Below, piece after piece: positions 38,322 to 52,087 of a stretch of 64,000 bases of DNA (within the stretch, counting starts at the first letter, position 1; the number at the start of each line of letters is the position of its first letter). The stretch is from Paramecium tetraurelia (taxonomy: Eukaryota), in assembly GCA_000165425.1 (NCBI GenBank), contig CT867985.1, forward strand, positions 1 to 64,000, in the 5' to 3' direction. A program made the translations under genes and the position numbers. The notes under the pieces are model-generated. The model had not been told where the DNA came from and did not search any database. It saw only the letters and a list, made by a program, of their open reading frames with translations.

Positions 38322-41300
38322 ATGGACAGAGCGGGTTAAGGTTAAAACAAGCAACTCCTCCATTATGGATGTTTACTGTATTTGATATTCAAGGACGACA
38401 ATGGACAAGAGTAGAACTATTGTTTATGTCATTAGATATCTAGTTACAGCGGATGGGTACACGAAGAACAAGATCCTTTTGAAAAAGAAGGAGGATGTAT
38501 TGAAGTATTCATCGATTTCCTCGTGTTTATTCAAGATCTACCCCACCTTTTACAACAACGAGTATCAGAAGGCTCTGAAGGTGAAGGAGGAGAAGGGGAA
38601 GATAAAGAAATTTTCAATCATTGAAATGAGAAGTAAAGGGCATTGATAATATTTTAGATGCCTAATTGGAGATACCCAAAAACATAAAGGCCATGGAGGA
38701 TGAAACGACTTTGAATCACGAACAGTATGAAAAGTTTAAAGGTTCTCCAGTTGTCTTTGGTTAAACGATACAATTATTACATATCAACTCAAACAAATAC
38801 TTGTATTACGATTCGAATCACGTTTCAGAAATAGAGAGCAACAATCTGAAACTCAGTTTAATAGATGAACATTCTGATGAGACCTGTTACAGGATCACTC
38901 CTTGCTACACATTCTAATAGGAAGGATCAGGGAACATATACCACGAGGATATAGTTCACATAGTTTCCACAGTGGATTAGACAAAGAAGATTGGAGGTGA
39001 GCCCTATTTGCATGCTTCGAGACCCAAGATCTGTATTAAATTATATCATCAAAATAGTCGACACGAAGTCATCAGCCCAGAAGGAGAAGAGAGAAGTGAA
39101 TATTTCCACAGAAAAAAAGACGCCTTGGAAGGTGAATATATTTGCCGAGTATTTGGATGAGAGAGAAGGGTTCTTGAGCATTTAAGATACCGTATGGATC
39201 AACTATTCAGAACAGGATGTAATTCTATTGATTCTATTTACGATAGCTCAACCTCATTGCCATTAGAGATTAAATCAAGTAATAGGCACAACATCAGAAA
39301 TCGGAATTGCACATCTTTTTTGAGTAATGCACTCAATCTGCCAATTACACCAAATTTGTTGGTAACTCGAATGGTTTGTTTACAATTGAGAGTGAGTCCA
39401 TGTTTCAGGGAGGACTAGTCAAGTGGGATACTCCAATGATATCCTCCTCTTATCGACTCAGACATCTGACGACAAAGAAGTACTTGAAGGTAGTAGAGGA
39501 GAAGAAAGAGACAGAGGACAAGTCTAGATTCCTGTTAACAAGTGTGTCCGATTATTAAAAGGCTTCCTTGTTCCATTTCGAACTGATATTCTCAACATTG
39601 ACTACTTACAATAGAGAGAAGGCCCAGTTGTACTTACAGAAGGATAGTTATTTCAGAGCATCTACGTATGTTGGTTAGGATTAAGTGTGGTTGAGGACTG
39701 AGTCAATATAGAATGAGGAAGAGAATAAGGATATTTCCAAGGAGAAGAAAAAGAGTGTGCCTGCATTCAACAAAGTAAAGAAGGAGGAATATGTGTTCAA
39801 AATAGCCAAAGCCAATTTTAACGAAGTCAGAATGACCAACTTTCTCCTTTCTTGCTTGAAGACAATAAAAGGAGCCTAGCAATACATGGATGTGTCATTT
39901 CTATCGGCAGACATTAAAGATGAGAAGTTTCAGAAATCATATAAGGGTTTTGTGGCTCATATGCAAAGATTGAGTAAATGCTTATCCGAATTATAACTGT
40001 TTTGCCACAACAAGTTAATTGCCTATTTGTACATCGATTAGGAGTTCGGATAGATCAACCACTTCATACAGAATGTGTTGAGGGAATAATAATTTATAGA
40101 ATTACTGGTGAAGATTCTGTGCGTATCCTTTCCTGACGTATCGACATTGGACACTTTGAGATCCATAGAGAAATCAGAATCGATGGACAAGACTAAAAAG
40201 CGAGTGGTTGATGAAAGCAGCAAGAATAGAGACTCATAAATTAAGAAGGAGTATTACAATAGCAAAAAGAAGATTTGCTCCTTAATTTATCAATTGCTCG
40301 ATTGCATTTGCCAATAGAATATCATCAATTAAGAGTAGGCTTCCAGATACATTCCCATATTCGCATAGTAGAGTGTTTACATTGACGATGGCTTGAAGTG
40401 CATAGTGTAAATCATCAGAGATCATGAGGATTTGCTTTTGAAAATACACGAATAGGTGAATGAGGATGATGAAACACATTAGTTGCGTCAATTGGAACAG
40501 GAGATTGTTATGGCTAATCATTCGAATACCTTCTAGTAACAATTGACAATCGAGGACTATCGACGATTGTATGATCAAATCATCAAGAAGATTTTGAATG
40601 AGGATCACTTCTAATTGAGATCGAAATGGGATTTGTTGTAATTCTACACTAATTTGCTGAAAGAGAAAACCACCTCAGCAGAAAAGAAGAGAGACATCAT
40701 ATCCTTTTTGCAGTTCGCTTCTACTCACAGAGCGAAAGGGCTGAATGTAAATTAGGAGGGCATCTACAGATGTTTGATTGATGCTTACGATAGAGATAGA
40801 GTGTTTAAGGATGAGGTGCTAATAAAGTTTGAAAGACAATAGAAGATTATAAAGATATTTGTAAAAGGGGAAGAGAAGAACTTCGTGGAATTCTTCACTA
40901 AGACAGACAAGAAAAAACAGCATTTCCAGGAGGCTGATGGGGATGAGATTGGTAAATCTAAGCAGTTGAACAATTTCTTAAAAAAGCAGACAGTGAAGAC
41001 ACCTTCATAGGAACTGAAACCAAAATTGATACTGTCTTTGGTGACTGAACAGTTGGAATTCTATATCTCTATGTGCAATACTAGAAATAATACTTGGAAG
41101 AGATTCGTTGAGTAGTTTCTCCCCTTTGATGTGTTGATTGATCATCTGAAAATGGGGGATATAGGTTACGATATGAGATCCATTATTTGTAAGTTAATGA
41201 ACAAGGTTTATTTGGATCAGGAGCCCAGAAGAGAGATCATCTTCCCAGAGTTGTGTAAGGTGGTCATTACTGATTAAGATAATGTCCAAGGGATTTTGGA

Positions 41301-44300
41301 AGAGGAGGAAGGAGGATTGAAGATATATCAGGATTACAAAGACGGATTGTATCAGTTCATAAAGGAGTGTGGATTAAATGTCGATAAGATGTCATCCAAT
41401 TGGGACATCAAATTCGGGGAAGCCAAGTAGAGAGAGACTCTTAAGGAGATTTCTATTCAATGTCCAGAAACCTATAATAGATTAACATTGGAGATGATTA
41501 GATCACTTAAATTGCTCATTACATTTGGGCAGTATAGAATCTAGTTGTGCAATACTCCAGAAGAAACTACTTAGAAGAATGAGAACTTTTTCAGCATCAT
41601 CAAATACTTGTTTACCATTTTGGAGTTTGATCCCAAGTATCCAGAATCCAGGAAGATTCTGTAGATAAAGAGGGAGGAAGATAAGTCAAAGGGGGCTAAT
41701 TAGGGCACATAGTAAATATTTGGGAATGCATTGAGTCTCTTGGGGAAGATTGGTAGTCTGATCAATGTGTTTTCGTTGATTGAGGATAAGGACGGAGGGA
41801 AGGATAAAAAGAGGAAACAGAAGAATATATAATTTGAGAGTGGGCCTTTGAATATGAATGAGTCATTTTTGAAATAGGCTGATGTGCTCAAAAAGATATT
41901 GATTAAATTCTTGTAAGAGTCTTCCGAGGCGGATCAACAAATCAAATTAGAAATCTGCGATATTTTGAATCAATATTTGGATTAAAAAATGGATTATTGT
42001 TTGAATTAATTTAAGTAGAAGTTTAAGGACTACGTGACTAAGCACCTTAAAATAATGGCACGATTGGAGGAGGGATCTCTAAATTTGACAGTGGAAGCTG
42101 ATCGTAAGACTATTGAATAGGAATTCCAAAGAGCCATAAAAAATTAAATTAAAGCTTTGATTCCTTCCATTTTGAAAACAGGAACAGATGCTGATAAAAG
42201 AGGGTAGCCAAAGAGTGAGAATTTTAATTTGGGATTCGGTTTGGACTTGGCTCAATTGGCAGGAGGTGTGGAAGTGTTGGACCAATCTAAGGAAATAGAT
42301 GCAATAGATATATGTACAATATTGGGATTTGAAATATTCCCTACATTGATCAACCTATTTTGTATGAGTCAATCTCTGGACATGCAAACTAAGATTCTTA
42401 ACATTCTCACTAGATTCTACAATCAAAGAGAAGAATTTGCTGATCTTGTGTCCAAAATATTGTTATTGTTTGATAGTTAGAATATTAAGATATTTAGTGA
42501 TTTAAAGAAGAAAATGAGACAATTGGCTAAGAATATCGATGAATCTGAAACTTGGATCAAGGATCCCACCTTACCAGACAATGAAGATATCTTGACTCAA
42601 ACTATCAAGTATTTCGAATTCATCAATAATTTGTTGTATAAGGATTCCACTTTGGAAGATGACAATGTAAGTGTAACATAAAGAATTTTGATCGATGAAT
42701 TTAGATAGTCTATTATGAGGAATCTAAAGGTGCATGACATGTGTGTTCAATTAATAACTGATTGCATTGGAGTGACTGAAAGGTAATTCGAGGGAAGAAC
42801 ACGAAAATTAATCTACGAGTTATTTGGCAACATCTTCTTATTGTTAAAGAATTTCACCTTAAACAATTCAACCAATCAATTGTTATTGAGTGAACATCTC
42901 AATAAGTTGTAGATGAAAATGGAGTTGAATTTGGGACAATTGGATTTGATCAATGAAATCTTCAGAGATAATAAGAGAATATGCATTGAGAAACCAGGCA
43001 CAGTCATAGATAATATTAGAAAATTAATCAAGACAAATGGGAGACAATCGAGATTCTTAGAATTCTTCATTTTGATTCAAAAGGTAAAGAAGGAATTCAT
43101 ACTCTCCAATCAGAAGGGAGTTCTTAACATGCTTCTAGATCCAGCCTATAAGAGTAGTATATTTTGGTTGAAGGATAGACAAGCCCAAGTGAGTGATAAG
43201 AATCAAGCTCAAGCATCAATTAAACATGAGTTTGATTTTACTCCAGCTAAGAATGATAATCCCAATTACAGGGATGAACCATATTCGTATCATTGCACCT
43301 TGATTGAAGTTCTATACACTTGTGCAATAGGGAAGGAAGGAATGCTGTAGAATGAATCACGCTTAAGAACCATTATCTCATTGAAATATGCACTTGAAAT
43401 TTTATGTGCTCCTGACGGAATGACTGATGATGACATTCATGTTGTGAATCCCAGATATGACAAGTATTAGGTCTCTTAATTAAAAATTCCATTGTTAAAG
43501 TACATCTATTACACTTACTTGGAGAGTGAGAAGATTGCTGAAGAAATCTTCAAATGTATTAATGACATTCAGGATTACGTCAATGCAGAGAAGATTAGAA
43601 TAGAGAAGTTCACAAAATTGCCAGTGAGTGAACAATTCTAAGAGTACTTTTTTACTTACTACTTTATGTGCATAAATGGATTCCTGAGACTGTATCAGAA
43701 GGAACAAAACGATTAGAATCTTGTCCATTAAAATTAGGCTTAGGTCCATTAGGAGATTGAGAATTTATTTGCTTCAGTTAAAAAATTGAGAGATCTGGTG
43801 GAGAATCATGAGGAACTTAATAATTTGAAGTTGAGTCAATAGCAAATGGATTTAAGATTGTACTTCTTGTGTGACAACATTGTTGAGGAGGAAATACTAC
43901 AGAAATAGAAGAAGGAGGAAGAGGAGAAGCAATAAGCTTTAAAGTTAGAAGAACAAATCTAAGAGGAGAAGAGAAAGAATAAGAAGAAGTAAAAGACATT
44001 CAATCTTGGATTAAATTTAATTAATCTTGATTTCAACAAGCAGAAAAATAAACCAGCTGATTTTAGAACTGATGATGCTTGGAAATAATTGTGGTAGATC
44101 TTTATGCAAACTTTCTTAAATTCTAAGGAGTTGTTGGAAGAAATCAAAAAAGAACAAAAAATATTCTCTGAAGCCTTGGAAAAAGTGGAAAGCATTTATT
44201 CCAAAGATCCATTGATCTAGGATCACATCAATAAAACGGAAATCTTCAAGAAGTTGATCACTTTCTTAAGCAAAGGACACAACCAACCTGGATGTGAATA

Positions 44301-47225
44301 GACTATAAAGTAAGTGTTAAGAGCATTAAGCAATTATATCATTATCTCAGAAGATACTGAAACTACTGAACAAGATGAGGAGAAACAAGCAGAAATGAGA
44401 CAGCAGGTGAGAGAGGATAGGTAGAATTTTCTTAACAATAATAATGCCATGGCCACCATCCTAGTCATTTTGTCAGATTACAAAGACATTAATCGATATA
44501 ACCTATTGTACAATAATCTGTTGAGTTTTGGCATTGAAATGATGGAAGGAGGCAACAGAGAAGTCTAAAAGTCTGTTTACAATTTCTTTGTTAATTTTAC
44601 TTCTTCAGAAGTGTTCTTTCTAAGATTGCATGAGAGATTCGAAGATCAAAAGGCAGAATTGAAAAAGGAGGATGAAGATGAGGATGATATCAAATACAAT
44701 TTCTAGGATGAACCTGAGGAAACACAAAACACTTTGAGATTCTTACAATTATTGGTTGAAGGTCATTACACAGAATTGCAAAATTACATGAGATTCCAAT
44801 AGATGAATTATCACACTTATGACTTATTCACTGATGTCGTTGAGTTATTGGGAGAATACCTGAATGTTAAGAAAACCAAGTATTTCTATTGTATGATCCA
44901 ATGCTTTGACACCATTACTGAATATGTCCAAGGTCCTTGCTTTGAAAATCAGCAGGCTTTGTTTTAAGCTAACTTTTTGGATATGGCAACCAATTTGCTA
45001 GGATTTGATGAAAGAATAGAAGAGATTAATTTGAGGCAAAAAAAGAAAACCTTGGATGAATCTCAATTGGATCCCAACACTGAGAGAAAGAAAAATGAGG
45101 TATTCCCCAGATGGATGTATGCCAGATTGAAATATAAGTGTTCCATTACTTTGTTGTCTTTATTGGAAGGGAGAAAATCAAATGATGTTATTATTAGATT
45201 GGCAAAATCATTTAATCTAGAGATGTTGAAGGTCAATATTATAGACATCTATGACATGTATAAGAGTCTATATTAAGATCATTACACTGCTGAGATTTTC
45301 TCGCATTTCTCAATGGAGCCTGAAACAGAAAGCAAAGAAACCGAAGAAGGCAAGAAGAGTGCTGACATGGCTAGTTTTATTATTGAAACTGGATTCAACT
45401 TGTTCGTTCTTTACTCGACCTTCTTGGAGGTCAAGGATCCCACAGATGGAGGAGGTCAAAAAGAAGGCGAGAAAGGAGATGATATTATGGAGCAATTCAA
45501 GGCTAACATTGTTGGAGAGGTTGTGTTTTTAGCTATCAATATAGTGAGAGGAGTAAAAGATTTCTTTTTGAGTTTTGCTGAAAAATTGAATTAGGCTGTG
45601 AGAAGAGACACCAACGAAATAGATTATGATTAATTGAAGAAATAAATTTAAGATAGTAGAAGCAAATTATTTAAGGAAAGCATCAAGTTCTTCTCTAATA
45701 ATTCTGCTCACATTGAAGTGTTGAGAGAAGATAAGATGCTTGAAAAAACTTACTTTTATTTACTTCCCTATTGCAAGAGTCTTGATAAGCCAACAAAGAC
45801 TTAATTTAATTAAGAGGCTAAAAGAATCTCCGTTAAAGCAAAAGTAACTTCGTTACTATAAGAATCACCTGATTTAATAAAGAAGATGAAGTTAACTTAT
45901 CAAATTTAATCTTATTTAAATAAGATAAAGGTTTTAGCTTTGATTGTTTCTAAGATTCAATTGTATAGAGACATTACCTTTATTTTGGCATTGACTATCA
46001 ATGTTATGATTTTGTTTGTGTTCCATAAAGAAGTTAAGCAATGTGATCCAACATCGGATCCTGCTGAATATCAAGCATGTTTGGATGATTATGTGTATGA
46101 AGAAGATCTGTAGGATCAAGATTTGTAATTGCAGGGTGTCATACAGACCTTAGGAATCATTGTTATTGTGCTATCTATGTTGATTGTGCTCTTCTTTTTA
46201 GCATAGACAGCTCCATTGATTATAAAGAAGGCTTGGATGGGATGGGAAAACGATAACTTCAACATTATTATGTATATAAGAAGACTGCTAATGACAGTTG
46301 TCTACCTGGTAACTGACTTCTATGTGCTTTATTATCTGAGTTATGGATTTACAGCATTTTTGGGGACTCTCTACCACCCATTCTTTTTTGCATTTCATCT
46401 ATTTGATGTTTTGGTGAGGTACCCTGTGTTGTTGAATGTTGTAAAAGCAGTTTGGGAACCTAGAAAATCAATTCTGTTCACACTGTTTCTATTTATAGTG
46501 CTTATGTATGTGTTCTCATTGGTGGCTTATTACTGGCTGTATGAAAGTTACCCTGCAAACTTTTGTTATAGCACATTCTAATGTTTATTGACAGCAGTTG
46601 ATAGATCATTTAAGTCTGATGGTGGATTGGGAGGGTTCTTGACTCCTTCGACAGATGTTAAACCTAACGATGATGGGTATTTTTTCCTTAGATTCTTTTT
46701 CGATAACATTTACTTCATTTTGTTGATGATCATTATGATCAATATTGTGTCTGGTATTATTATTGATACCTTTGGTACTTTGAGAGAGGAATTGAATGTT
46801 TATTAATTGGATCTGTAGAATATTTGTTTCATCTGCGGATTCGATAAGGAAACCATTGAAAAATCTAGTAAAAATCAACTGGGATTCACCTATCATATTA
46901 AATAAGAACATTATATGTGGAATTATTTGTTTTATATTGCTTACCTGAAAGACAAGGATTCTACTGAGTACAGTGGTATAGAGAGTTATGTAATGGATAA
47001 GATCAAGAATGAAGACACGTCATGGTTCCCGACTTTTAAGTAATAATATTTTTGATTTGTAGGGCTTTATGCATGAATGATGACCAAGAAGGGCAAGAAT
47101 AAGGTCAAATGATGAATGAATTGAAACAAATCCAGGATGACTAAGAGAGATTACAAGAATTATTGGATAACATCAATCAACAGTTGGAAAAGATTGAGGA
47201 AGATTAGAAATAAGGAAATCAATGA
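38322..47225 (+). CDS. IP3 receptor / ryanodine receptor-type Ca2+ release channel (Paramecium CRC family), ~2925 aa
   Basis: MIR-like YRLRHLTTKKYL. RIH-associated LRFLQLLVEGHYTELQNYMRFQ and CFDTITEYVQGPCFENQQAL. HIEV, TM region with HPFFFAFHLFD, pore FKSDGGLGG, IIIDTFGTLRE, zinc motif CFICG..HIKQEHYMWNYL. Introns 38411-38435, 38633-38657, 39033-39057, 39219-39246 and 47040-47062 give 8778 coding nt. Confidence 0.96.
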
Positions 47226-47254
47226 TTTTTTAACGAATATTAATTAAAATTATT

Positions 47255-47793
47255 ATGTTCACTGGAGGAGCATTTATATAGAGTCTGCATGAAATCAAGG
47301 AAAGTTGTCCACCATTACAACACTTGAATTATAGTCATAAAAAGTCGTTCAAACAAAGTTTAGATTCAATCACACAGAAAATTCCAATTGTAAAATCCAT
47401 TCATAAACTTCGACAAGAGTAGGAGTAGAAGATATTCTAAAACATATAAAAAGTAAGGAGGATGAATTTAATGCATGAGATCAATAAAGTGAATCCAAAA
47501 TTGCATCATGAATTAAAATTGATCCCTTCTGAATTACTTACTATTAAATATGGTATAATATATAATATATTAAAGTCGAATTTAAATAGCAATCACAAGA
47601 AAATCACATTGAAGTGCAATCAGAAATTAGTTATAATAAATATGCATAATAATAATAACGATTCGAACATCTTGGATCTGGATACAAGATATTTCATTAA
47701 AAACCTTATATCAGGAACATCATGGATGATTATGAGGAAGAAGGTAGCAATCATAGTGATTCCTATATTAATAAATATTTGGATCTAAATTGA
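47255..47793 (+). CDS. Hypothetical protein (171 aa)
   Basis: MFTGGAFIQSLHEIKE..., one 23-nt intron (gtataatatataatatattaaag), ...NKYLDLN-TGA. Confidence 0.7.
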
Positions 47794-48253
47794 ATTATAG
47801 TTTTAATTAATAAATTTCAATTTTATAATTCTGAGAACTAAGTTCTACACTCTCTCATATTTCAGTAAAGTTAGTATCTGATAACCTGATATTTTAGATG
47901 AATAAAAATGGAAAAATAGATGAATCTAAGTCATATCCAAAAACTACTAGTCATATTTAGTCACAGCTGATTATTACAAATATAATTTTGAATACTGTTT
48001 GGATTTGCATTTATAAATCAAAATAACAATCAGATTGACATTAGTTTTTTAATGAATATATTAGATCTATGATTGAGGAAACTACATTTCACCATAACTT
48101 AGAATAGTTCTGCTATCCAAGAAATACTTACTTCAATCACAAAGATTTATTAATGACAAATATTTTAAAACACAGATTTTATTTCAAAATCCGCGACAAT
48201 TCACTTAAACATTAAAATGATTTTTTTGCTATAAATCTTTTCTTTATATATGC

Positions 48254-49600
48254 ATGTCATTATTTATCATGAATTCTGAAATATACCTAGTCAAGTAAAA
48301 TTAACTGTTCTGGCACAGTAAACTTTTATCCACCAATCCAGTGACATTGCAAATTCGTTCTGGAGTGCTCAATACAAATTGGGAAAAACCTGAAAATTTA
48401 CAAATTGAACTCAAAAAATATCATTCTCTCTAAGAAGGCATTCAAGATATTAGTGAAATGCTCAAACTTAAACTAAGATAAGGATATCATGAAATTAAAC
48501 CTTCAGAAATAGTCAAAACCTATGAATAGATAAGATTTCCAGAAGCTGAATATAAGTATGAATTAGATTTGAAATACAAGCAGTTTCAATAGCAAAAAGG
48601 GGAAATCGATGATAAGTAACTTACTAAAAAAGAATAAATTGTATAAAAAATTGAAAGAAAATAAAAATTAAGACAACCAGGATTAGGATTGCCAGATAAA
48701 TCATGTTGTGAACTGCTAGATGATGCTACCTAAGGTAGATTGGTCTCAGTATGGCCAAAGTATAAAATGAGACCTAACCTCGGCGAAAATTTGGGACTTG
48801 GCCCAACTTTTTCAAAGAGTTAGAGGATATCATGTTTATTAGCTTCTAATTGGGCTGTGTCAATAGACCCAAAAGGCTATTATATGAGTGAAAAACTAGA
48901 TGGAATGAGGATGATTTGGACAGGAATGGAGATGTTCACCAGAAATGGATACTCCTTAAAGTTCCCATCCTACTTTATTGAAGGATGGCCCACAACTTAT
49001 TTAGATGGGGAACTATGGATAAATCGAGGGACATTTAACAAGGTCTTAACATCTGTCAGAAAGCGAACAGCAGATCCGAATGCCTGGAAGATAATCAAAT
49101 ATATGGTGTTTGATGCTCCATTCCTTCAGGAACCATTTAGTGATAGATATGCAAAATTAAAGAAGGCAATTGAAAAAATAAAAAATCCTCATCTGGTTTA
49201 TGTTCCTCATAAAATTTGCAGAGGGAAAGAGCATTTAGCAGAGGAGTTGGCTGAAGTTTAGAATATTGGAGGAGAAGGTTTAATGTTAAGGGATCCTGAT
49301 GCTTTATATGATGGTATTAGATCAAAAAGTTTGTTGAAAGTGAAATCTTCTTTGGATGCAGAGGCTGTCATTATCGATTATGTGCAGGACACTCATATGA
49401 AGAAAGAGAATGTCTTAGGAGGGTTTTTGGTCCGGAATGATGAGGGATAGGAATTTGAAGTAGGGTTGGGACTGAAGATTGGGATCAAAAAGCAAAGACC
49501 TCCGATTGGTACAAAAATAACATATAAATATTGTGGTTTAGCAGAAAATGGATATCCTAAATTTCCAGAATTTGTACGAATATATCCTGAAGATATTTGA
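48254..49600 (+). CDS. Minimal ATP-dependent DNA ligase (bacterial LigE / viral / kinetoplast-ligase-like) with an N-terminal WGR-like domain
   Basis: Motif I YMSEKLDGMR, FTRNG, III LDGELW, IIIa YMVFDAP, IV GGEGLMLR, V SLLKVK, OB-fold end GYPKFPEFVRI. N-terminal LFWH..LQIRSG..KKYHS..LKLKLRQGYHE. The 1347-nt ORF is open; start is 48254 or 48269. Confidence 0.92.
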
Positions 49601-49726
49601 ATAAATTGTTATTTTAAAAATATATTGTTTATTTATTTATTGTTTCATCATCATCTATTTTATAATTTGATTTTATTAATTCTTAATTAATAATTTAAAC
49701 AAATTGTTCAAAATCATATATAATTT

Positions 49727-51281
49727 ATGTGCTTCGAATTAATATACTTTAATTTATAAACTATTAATTTATTCCTGTTATCTTAATAAAATAATTATTA
49801 GATTAAATCTAAAAGAAATGAGGTAATATTATTATTTTATTTAAATCATCTTAGATCCTAGCAAATCATCTAATAGGATTTAACTACTATCCAACATAAC
49901 AGTATCACAGAATTATAGAAACTCATCTTTTTCTTAATATTTACGAATATATATTTACTAATTTATCTGACGTATTTGATGTTTTAATACACCCATATGT
50001 AATTAATAATTTTTTATTACTGTTTCAATGCTATGGTGATGCTCTTTCTTATGATTTTGAAAATAAAGTAAATTTTAACCATTAACTTTAGATTTAAATT
50101 AGATGTAGGAAATTCAACGTTTGATATTCTTATTTCTACAATTATTAAAACCATAATTCTGATTCATTTTAGAGTCAGAGAATTAGAAATCCAATATCTA
50201 GGCTATGTCGTATTAGCTTACTATATATTAAGAGTATTTATTATAGTGCTTTAAAAAATTATACTTAATGTTTCTACGAACCGCTTCAGAATTGTATATT
50301 TTTATATTAAAATAGTATATTCAAGGCCTCAAAGTGCTATTGGCATTTTAATTGATGTTGATTACTATTAAGTGGAAGGAAATGGTGGATTGGAATTGGT
50401 TCGTAGTTTTTAGTGTCATTTGGAGTTTACTGGTTATATTTTTTATTTTCCATCTCATTCTAATTCTTTCAACAATAGAAACAACACATGAATATTTCGT
50501 ATAGAAGGCTTCAAAATCATAACTGATAGGAGGTGTGTGGCTGATTATATATTTTTGTGGTTTTAGTGGAATTCCCTCCTGGTTTTGTTACATCATATGT
50601 AACGATCAGGAGACTGTTGATTATCCCACCAAAGAAGCAAGCCTTACTCTTGGAATCCTAATAATTTTATAATCCTTTTTAGTTGTTATAATCTCAACTG
50701 TTTTTAAACAGCATATTAAGTATTAAGATATATCAATTTAGGAATTACATTCTGGATATAGGTTTTGAAGAAGAAAATCAATCCTTAAATGTGAAAGACG
50801 CAAAACAATAACCAAATATAAATATAATACAGAAACCTTCTTTACCGAAAAAATTGATTTAGGTATCATCAACCTACTTCGAATATTTCTAATCAGCATC
50901 TTAACAATCTAAATAAAATCAAAACATAACAAATAGCAACTACAGTATCATGAATTAAAGAGCTAAATTGAAAGCATTTGATTTTGTAGTCAGAAATGAC
51001 TAATTGCAATCTCCTGAAAAAGAATCAAACTAGATTTAATACGAGTAGAAATGTTAAGTCTGTTACACTCAAGAACCAATCATTGTCATGCTTCCTTGTA
51101 GACATGGTGGAATTTGCTATGAATGTTTAAGACAATGGCTATAAAAGTCACCAAACTGCTATATTTGTCGTTAAGTATTTATTTTCAATCATAAATTTAG
51201 AAAATCAATTAAATATGCAAGGTTCATAAAGATGATTCTGGGAACTTCACCGTAAAAGATATAACAGTGTGTTATTGGTGA
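49727..51281 (+). CDS. Multi-pass membrane protein with a C-terminal C3HC4 RING finger (probable E3 ligase)
   Basis: CQVCYTQEPIIVMLPCRHGGICYECLRQWLQKSPNCYICR near the C-terminus, preceded by several hydrophobic segments and short introns. Start is provisional. Confidence 0.85.
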
Positions 51282-51416
51282 CACACTCTTCCTCTACAAA
51301 TACTTAGTGTTGGTATTTAGATAGTTGTTATTCAATACAAATGTTAATTTTATGATTAATTGAATTAACAAATATATCTAGATAACCATTATTTAATAAT
51401 ACATAGCAATAATATT

Positions 51417-52007
51417 TCATGATTCTTTTTTCAATCTCAAAATTCTTTTAATCATGTTTACAGTGACTACAGTAATAATCATTGATAGACCCAGACATAG
51501 TAACCCAAATCCCATTTGCTTTTTCGAAATCGAACCTTACAATTTGGACATGTAATCAAATTTTTCAATCAAGAATGATCTCTCTCTTTTTATATCATCG
51601 AGCTATGTATTCAATTTATTAATGATTCCTCCCATTTAGTTTAAATCCTAGATTTTTGCTACTTTTCCCATGTTTGCTAATTCTGATCCAGTTTTATACG
51701 TAATATTAAACACGATGAAGTCATTGTCAAAATTTGTTAAACAGTATCTAATATGAGCAGTTGTTGAAGTTGATTAGTATTAGTAATTGTGCTCCCAAGA
51801 CCCCTTATTATCATACAAACTATCAATTGATTGAGAGTTGGCCTCGGCGATCTTCAAACCATAATTTGATGAATTGGCACTAATTTTAATGTCAAAGACA
51901 TCTTCTTTTGAGAAATTATCAGTAAAGCAGATCTATTGTCCTTTCTCTGCTTCATACCCAAATTGCAGACAATATACGGAGGTTATTACCAATAAAAGTG
52001 ATATCAT
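51417..52007 (-). CDS. p24/emp24/gp25L (GOLD domain) cargo-receptor family protein, 196 aa
   Basis: Signal peptide MISLLLVITSVYC, GOLD cysteines (QICFTD...RYCLTN), coiled coil, C-terminal TM helix and tail ending KKES (KKxx). Intronless, 591 nt. Confidence 0.85.
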
Positions 52008-52087
52008 AATATTTATTAAACAATTTGTTATAATTTACATTCAATATCATGAGCCCTCATATTTTGATAATTTAAATATATATATAT

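Noticed and set aside
48254..49600. The ligase as bacterial contamination or a prophage/virus insertion
   Set aside because: It uses in-frame TAA/TAG Gln codons, ends in TGA and sits among intron-containing ciliate genes with no other viral genes nearby.
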